Notes under the pieces: model-generated
What the model was told of the DNA's origin: nothing
The model's database searches: none
What the model saw: the letters and a program-made list of their open reading frames with translations, nothing else
Made by a program: the position numbers and the translations under genes
Source of the DNA: Rebecca billardiae RCC1528
Taxonomy: Eukaryota; Protista; Haptophyta
NCBI GenBank assembly: GCA_965240325.2
Contig: OZ251233.1
Coordinates: 1,674,001-1,738,000, forward strand
DNA: 64,000 bases
Direction: 5' to 3'
In this document: one piece after another, positions 56,394 to 64,000 of the stretch
How positions within the stretch are numbered: position 1 is the first letter of the stretch
Layout: each line of letters opens with the position of its first letter

Positions 56394-57869
56394 TCACTCG
56401 CCGAGGCTTGCCACCTTCGATCGCTGGCGCCAAACGCAGTAGACCACGCTCGCGAACACACCACAGCCAATCACGGCACCGCCGACAGCGAGCGCGATCA
56501 CGAGCGTCGAAGCCGCTGCTGCGTCGCCAGTGACGCCCTCGTTGCCACCTGTGGCATCGCCACCGTCGTCGTCATCGTCGCCGCCATCATCATCGTCATC
56601 GCCATCACCGTTGCCGTCATCGCTTGCGGACGCTCCGAAAAGGCTGACCGAAGGGGCCTTCTCGACACTCACTCCGAGCGAGTCGCTAAGCTCTGCCGCC
56701 GACACCGCATTGAGGGCCGCCTCGACGCTGACACCCACCGCGTCGGCCTCGAAGATGCGCACGTCGACGATGAGACTGCCTGCCGCCCAGCTCACAATCT
56801 CGCACGCACCGTCAGGCAGGCCGAGGTAAGCCGTGAGGTTGCGAAGGAAGCTCACGCGCGCCACCGCGTCGAAGGCGTCCGCGCTGAGCGCAAGGGTGAA
56901 CTCTGCCTGGAGCACACGCCCGGGCGGGCTGGGTGGCGGCGTCGGCGGAGGCGGGCTCGGCGGTGGCGTGGGTGGTGGCGGGCTAGGTGGCGGTGGCGGC
57001 GAGGGCGGCGGCGAGGGCGGCAGCGGCGGCGGTGAGGGCGGTGGCAAGGGAGGCGGCGGCGAGGGCGGAGGTGACGGTGGCGGCAAAGGCGGCGGCATCG
57101 GCGGCGGCGATGGCGGCGGCGATGGTGGTGGCGGTGAGGGCGGCGGCGAGGGCGGGGGTGACGGCGGCGGCAACGGTGGCGGCGAGGGCGGAGGTGACGG
57201 TGGCGGCGAGGGCGGCGGCGAGGGCGGAGGTGACGGTGGCGGCAACGGCGGCGGCATCGGCGGCGGCGATGGCGGCGGCGATGGTGGCGGCGGCGAGGGC
57301 GGCGGCGAGGGCGGGGGTGACGGCGGCGGCAACGGTGGCGGCGAGGGCGGGGGTGACGGTGGCGGCGAGGGCGGCGGCGAGGGCGGAGGTGACGGCGGCG
57401 GCATCGGCGGCGGCGATGGCGGCGGCGATGGTGGCGGCGGTGAGGGCGGCGGCGAGGGCGGGGGTGACGGCGGCGGCAACGGTGGCGGTGAGGGCGGAGG
57501 TGACGGTGGCGGCGAGGGCGGCGGCGAGGGCGGAGGTGACGGCGGCGGCAACGGCGGCGGCAACGGCGGCGGCGAGGGCGGTGACGATGGTGGCGGCGGT
57601 GAGGGCGGCGGCGGCGGTGGCGGTGAGGGCGAGGGCGGCGGCGGAGAAGAGCTCGGGGGAGGGGACGAGATGCACGCGGAGCGGCTACCGCACCAGGAGC
57701 CCGTGCACGTAAGGCAGTCCGTGCAGAAAGTGAATGGCCAGACCCCCGTGCAATACGCGTCCTCGCCACAATCGGCGTCGGTGGTGCAGGCTGCGGCGAG
57801 CTCGACGGTGTTGAAGAGCGACGCGATCGCAAGCCAGATAATGGCGAAGCTGAAAGCGTCGCGACCCAT
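56394..57869 (-). CDS. Type I cell-surface glycoprotein: Cys-rich N-domain, SPPP (HRGP-like) stalk, SEA-like domain, acidic linker, TM
   Basis: Signal peptide, 7-Cys domain, about 240 aa of SPPP repeats, WAAGSLIVDVRI, TM LVIALAVGGAVIGCGVFASVVYCVW. Confidence 0.85.
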   Translation of the reverse strand: MGRDAFSFAIIWLAIASLFNTVELAAACTTDADCGEDAYCTGVWPFTFCTDCLTCTGSWCGSRSACISSPPPSSSPPPPSPSPPPPPPPSPPPPSSPPSPPPLPPPLPPPSPPPSPPPSPPPSPPPSPPPLPPPSPPPSPPPSPPPPSPPPSPPPMPPPSPPPSPPPSPPPSPPPSPPPLPPPSPPPSPPPSPPPPSPPPSPPPMPPPLPPPSPPPSPPPSPPPSPPPSPPPLPPPSPPPSPPPSPPPPSPPPSPPPMPPPLPPPSPPPSPPPPLPPPSPPPLPPSPPPSPPPPPSPPPPTPPPSPPPPTPPPSPPGRVLQAEFTLALSADAFDAVARVSFLRNLTAYLGLPDGACEIVSWAAGSLIVDVRIFEADAVGVSVEAALNAVSAAELSDSLGVSVEKAPSVSLFGASASDDGNGDGDDDDDGGDDDDDGGDATGGNEGVTGDAAAASTLVIALAVGGAVIGCGVFASVVYCVWRQRSKVASLGE

Positions 57870-58189
57870 CACGGCTCGCTGCTCCGACTGAGGACAGTGC
57901 GCTGGTAACAAGAGCACACGACGACCGGGCGGCGCGATGCTCGTTCGCCCTTGCTGTCCTGCCTCGGACGACGTCAAAGGACAAAACAAGAGCAGAGCGT
58001 TGCGGGCTTTGGATCGCTTTCGCGCGCGGCCGGGCGGTCCGGACGGAGAGGCGCCCGCCTCCCGCCTCCCGACCGGTCCTGGTCAAATCGGTCGCGCACC
58101 GGACTGCAAGATCCAAGGCCAACCAAGCGAGGGAGGTGGCCACACCGTCCCAAGCGATGGCGGCAGCGGATGGCCAACCGTCCTAAGTG

Positions 58190-59374
58190 ATGGCGGCAGC
58201 GGATGACGAGTTGGAGCGCACCCAAGCCATTCGCCTCGTCGCTCTGGGCAGCTCGGTGCTCACGGTTTGGGGGTTTGCCTTCATCCTGTCCGCATACGTC
58301 GCTCTGCGCCAACTGCGCAGCTCGCAGACCTTTTTGCTCGTGCTGCTGCTCACGGCGTGCGATTGTCTGAGCGCGTGTGCGATCCTGGTCGAGTTCCTCT
58401 CCGCGCGCTCGGATGCGACGTGCGTCGCGGTGGCGGCGCTCACGCAGTTCTCGTCCGTGGCGTCGTTCCTGTGGTCGGCGTGCATTGCGTACGCCGTGCA
58501 CGCCATCCTGATCCTCGACCGCCCGCCAACGGCTGCGCGCGCGCGCGGGATGCACTTGCTGGTGTGGCCTCTCTCTGCAGCGCTCACCATCATCCCCGGG
58601 GCCGCGGGCACATTTGGGGACGCGGGGCTCTGGTGCTGGATCATGACCACCGCGGCAGGCTCCTGGCTCCGCCTCGTGTGCTACTACCTGCCGCTCTGCG
58701 CCGCCTTCGCGTACGTGGCACACGCGTACGTGCGCGTCGCACGGCAGCTCACCGCGGGCGGCGCTGGCAGCACCGCCGCGGCGGATGATCGGGTGATCGT
58801 GCGCCGGCTGCGGCTGTACATGCTCGTCTTTGTGCTCTGCCGCGGGCCGTCTGTGCTGCACCGCGGCTACGAGCTGCTGCGCCTCGCGAGCGCCGGGCGG
58901 CTGCCCCGCTCGCACGCGCTCAGCGCGCTGAACGCAGCGCTCTCACCGCTGCAGGGCTTTGGCAACGCCCTCGTGTATGGAGCCAACCGGACCGTGCTCG
59001 CGCAGTGCGCGGCGTGGGCGCGGGCGTGGGCCGGCGGGCGGCAGGCGCGGCTGCGGCGTGGGGATATGGTGCGCATGATCTCGATGGGCACCGTCGGAGG
59101 CGGCGCGGCAAGCGGCAGTGCGGCTCTCGTGGCAGATTCTGTCGCCGCTGCGGCGCCAGGCGGCGAGGCTGCGGGCGCTGAGCCCGACTTGCGAGTGCCA
59201 GCAGCCGGCTTGGAGCTGGAGAGCTGTGGCGCCGGGCTCAGCGCCTCATTCGCCGATGGAAGCTTGGCCATGCACGTGTCAGAACGGCCTGCCGAGGCTG
59301 AGCTCCCCCCGTCCCGGTCGGACTCCCAACGATGCAACCGTGCGCATCTGACCCTGACAACCGCACGCGCGTGA
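58190..59374 (+). CDS. 7-TM receptor, cAMP-receptor/GCR1/GPR157-like GPCR
   Basis: Seven hydrophobic helices, ASFLWSACIA, GLWCWI, LSPLQGFGNALVYG. Confidence 0.88.
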   Translation: MAAADDELERTQAIRLVALGSSVLTVWGFAFILSAYVALRQLRSSQTFLLVLLLTACDCLSACAILVEFLSARSDATCVAVAALTQFSSVASFLWSACIAYAVHAILILDRPPTAARARGMHLLVWPLSAALTIIPGAAGTFGDAGLWCWIMTTAAGSWLRLVCYYLPLCAAFAYVAHAYVRVARQLTAGGAGSTAAADDRVIVRRLRLYMLVFVLCRGPSVLHRGYELLRLASAGRLPRSHALSALNAALSPLQGFGNALVYGANRTVLAQCAAWARAWAGGRQARLRRGDMVRMISMGTVGGGAASGSAALVADSVAAAAPGGEAAGAEPDLRVPAAGLELESCGAGLSASFADGSLAMHVSERPAEAELPPSRSDSQRCNRAHLTLTTARA

Positions 59375-59473
59375 TACTACATACCCGGAATTCCGAATTA
59401 TTCCTCTTTCGTCTCGGCGGCACGCATGCGACGTGACTGAGCAAGCGCAACGTCACGCGGCGAGAAAAGGAGC

Positions 59474-60427
59474 ATGCCGCCGTCCACGCTCGCGCCATGG
59501 ACCCTTGCGCTGCTGCTGCTGCAGCCGAGCCTCGGATCGTTGGTGCCCGTGAGCCCCCCCCGCGATTTCAGCTCGTCCTCAGCCCCGAGCCCGCGCGAAG
59601 CTGCATGCGCGGCAGCCTGCGCCTCTGCGCGTGCGCGGCTACGTGAGCTTGCGGAGAGGCTCGAGGAGCGCGTCACCACGCCGGGCGAGCCGTGCGCGGC
59701 CGAGGAGTTCGCGCGCGAGGTGGATGCGATCCGGCGTGAGAGTCGCGATGCGTTCAACGAGGCGTGCACACGCGGCGCAGATCATTCGCAATTGCCGTGG
59801 CTCCAGCGCTGGCGCGCTCGGCGCGCGCTCGCCACGGAGTGCCGCGCGGTGCTGCTCGCGCCGCTGAGCGCGCACCTTGGCCGCCTCGCCGACGACGCGT
59901 CGGACCGCTTCGCCCGCGCGCAGCTGCAGCTGGTGCCCGGGACAAAGGCCTATCCGAGCAAGCTCGACGCCGTCGCGCGCACCACATACCGCCGCTTCTG
60001 CTCGGAGGCAAGGGCATCGGCGCCACGCTTGCTCGGCTGCTCGCCCGCATGGCGGCGCGAGCTGCGCGGCACGGCCGCGCGCGTCCGGGCGGAGCTACGC
60101 GAGCAGACGGACGGGATGCTGCGCGCGCACCCCCCAATGGAGCCGCCTTCGGACAAGGCCGCGAGCACGTGGTGGTCGCGCCTGAGCTGGCAGCTCGTCG
60201 CCCTCGCGCTCAACTTGGCGCAGGCGCAACTGCAGCACTGGTTTGCACTGCGCGCGCAGAGGAAGCGCGCGGCCGCAGCCGCGGCGGAGGCGGCGGTCTC
60301 CGATATGCCGCCGATCGGAGCCGGCGCGGCGGGCGCGAGCGAGGGGCAGCGCGGGAGTCGCTCGCGACCGCACGCGGGACGCCGACCGCCTGCACCGCGT
60401 GACACCACCGATGGGCCGACCTTTTGA
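59474..60427 (+). CDS. Hypothetical alpha-helical protein with signal peptide
   Basis: LAPWTLALLLLQPSLG leader; coding-like composition. Confidence 0.55.
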   Translation: MPPSTLAPWTLALLLLQPSLGSLVPVSPPRDFSSSSAPSPREAACAAACASARARLRELAERLEERVTTPGEPCAAEEFAREVDAIRRESRDAFNEACTRGADHSQLPWLQRWRARRALATECRAVLLAPLSAHLGRLADDASDRFARAQLQLVPGTKAYPSKLDAVARTTYRRFCSEARASAPRLLGCSPAWRRELRGTAARVRAELREQTDGMLRAHPPMEPPSDKAASTWWSRLSWQLVALALNLAQAQLQHWFALRAQRKRAAAAAAEAAVSDMPPIGAGAAGASEGQRGSRSRPHAGRRPPAPRDTTDGPTF

Positions 60428-61270
60428 CTGCTCCGTGAGCCAACTTCGTCCGTTTCAGAGTCATAATGAGTGAGCCTTGACATTACTCACGGGCTCGGCC
60501 TCGCTGCTCGCCCTCGGGCTGGGAGGATGTCACTGACGATGTACACTATCACTATGCGCTGTAATATCACTCGATGCGGTAACACAATATTTACATCACG
60601 CTACGACCCATGTGCCGATGTGGCGGCTCCGGCACGCGGTCCGCGGCCGCGCCGGGCGGCCGGGCCGCGCCGGGGACTCCCACCCCCAGGCACCCGCCCG
60701 GGAGGGGCCCGATCGACGGGTCAACCGCGCCCGGCCCAGTGATGCGCCGGCCACCAGGCCAGATAAGGCCTAGGCGCCCTATGCCGACCCTATAAATTGC
60801 CGCCGGGACCTGCCTCGAGAGTCGAGTGCCTCGGCTGCCTGAGTCCCGGCGCGGTCCGACCGGCGACCGACCGGGCGACGCGGCCTGGTACTTTAGTGGT
60901 AACGGCTCAGTGGTAACGCCGGCACGCCACACGGCCGCCGCTCGGCGGCGCTGGCCGCCCGGTCACTCCGGTGGCGGTGGCGACTCTCACTCAGGCGAGT
61001 CTCAGCCGCTGGCGACGCGGCACGGCGCCGTGCCTGTGGGCTCAGTCACTGCGGCAGCTTGATGAGCTGTCACTCGTACGCGATCGAGGTTGAGAGGGTG
61101 CAGACTTCAGTGTGGCCACCGTGCTGTCCGGTTCGCCCGCACTGTCATTGGTGGGTCCGGATGTTGCACGCCCGTGCATCTGCGTCGCGCGCTGACGCAC
61201 GGACGAGCGCATCGCCCGCAATTCACGCGTCGAGCCCGCACGGTCGGAGGCCACCCCGCACGGCGCCGCG

Positions 61271-64000
<2,730 letters not shown>

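Noticed and set aside
56833-57891. Gly-rich 352-aa ORF on the + strand
   Set aside because: Antisense of the SPPP surface protein, which has a signal peptide and TM

Overview
This is a very GC-rich eukaryotic nuclear window. Short introns with GTGCG(C/T) or GCGCGC donors and CGCAG acceptors, SPPP/SP-repeat surface proteins and the gene repertoire suggest a haptophyte-like alga (inference). It holds about 22 protein-coding genes, mostly in head-to-head pairs: a C2-domain membrane protein, a P450, a TOPOVIB-like meiotic protein, a large coiled-coil protein, two fatty-acid-hydroxylase-family enzymes, a cupin(CDO)-methyltransferase fusion, a carbonyl reductase, an F-box protein, sulfotransferase-like proteins, an ABCB half-transporter, a GMF/ADF-H protein, a Tudor/chromo-barrel protein, a GH26 hydrolase, a GPCR and a DDX3/DED1 helicase with an extra N-terminal domain. 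The main mobile element is a young Ty1/copia retrotransposon (42558-49736). It has apparently identical 610-bp LTRs, sits in a (TA)n tract, and its gag-PR and IN-RT-RH ORFs are split by a stop codon that could be bypassed by an intron or a -1 frameshift. Also present are a TIR transposon family with 4-bp TSDs (two members), a nested TTAA/TA-flanked element, decayed TE-like protease fragments and a perfect 100-bp palindrome. All family assignments come from motif recognition by eye; no database search was run.
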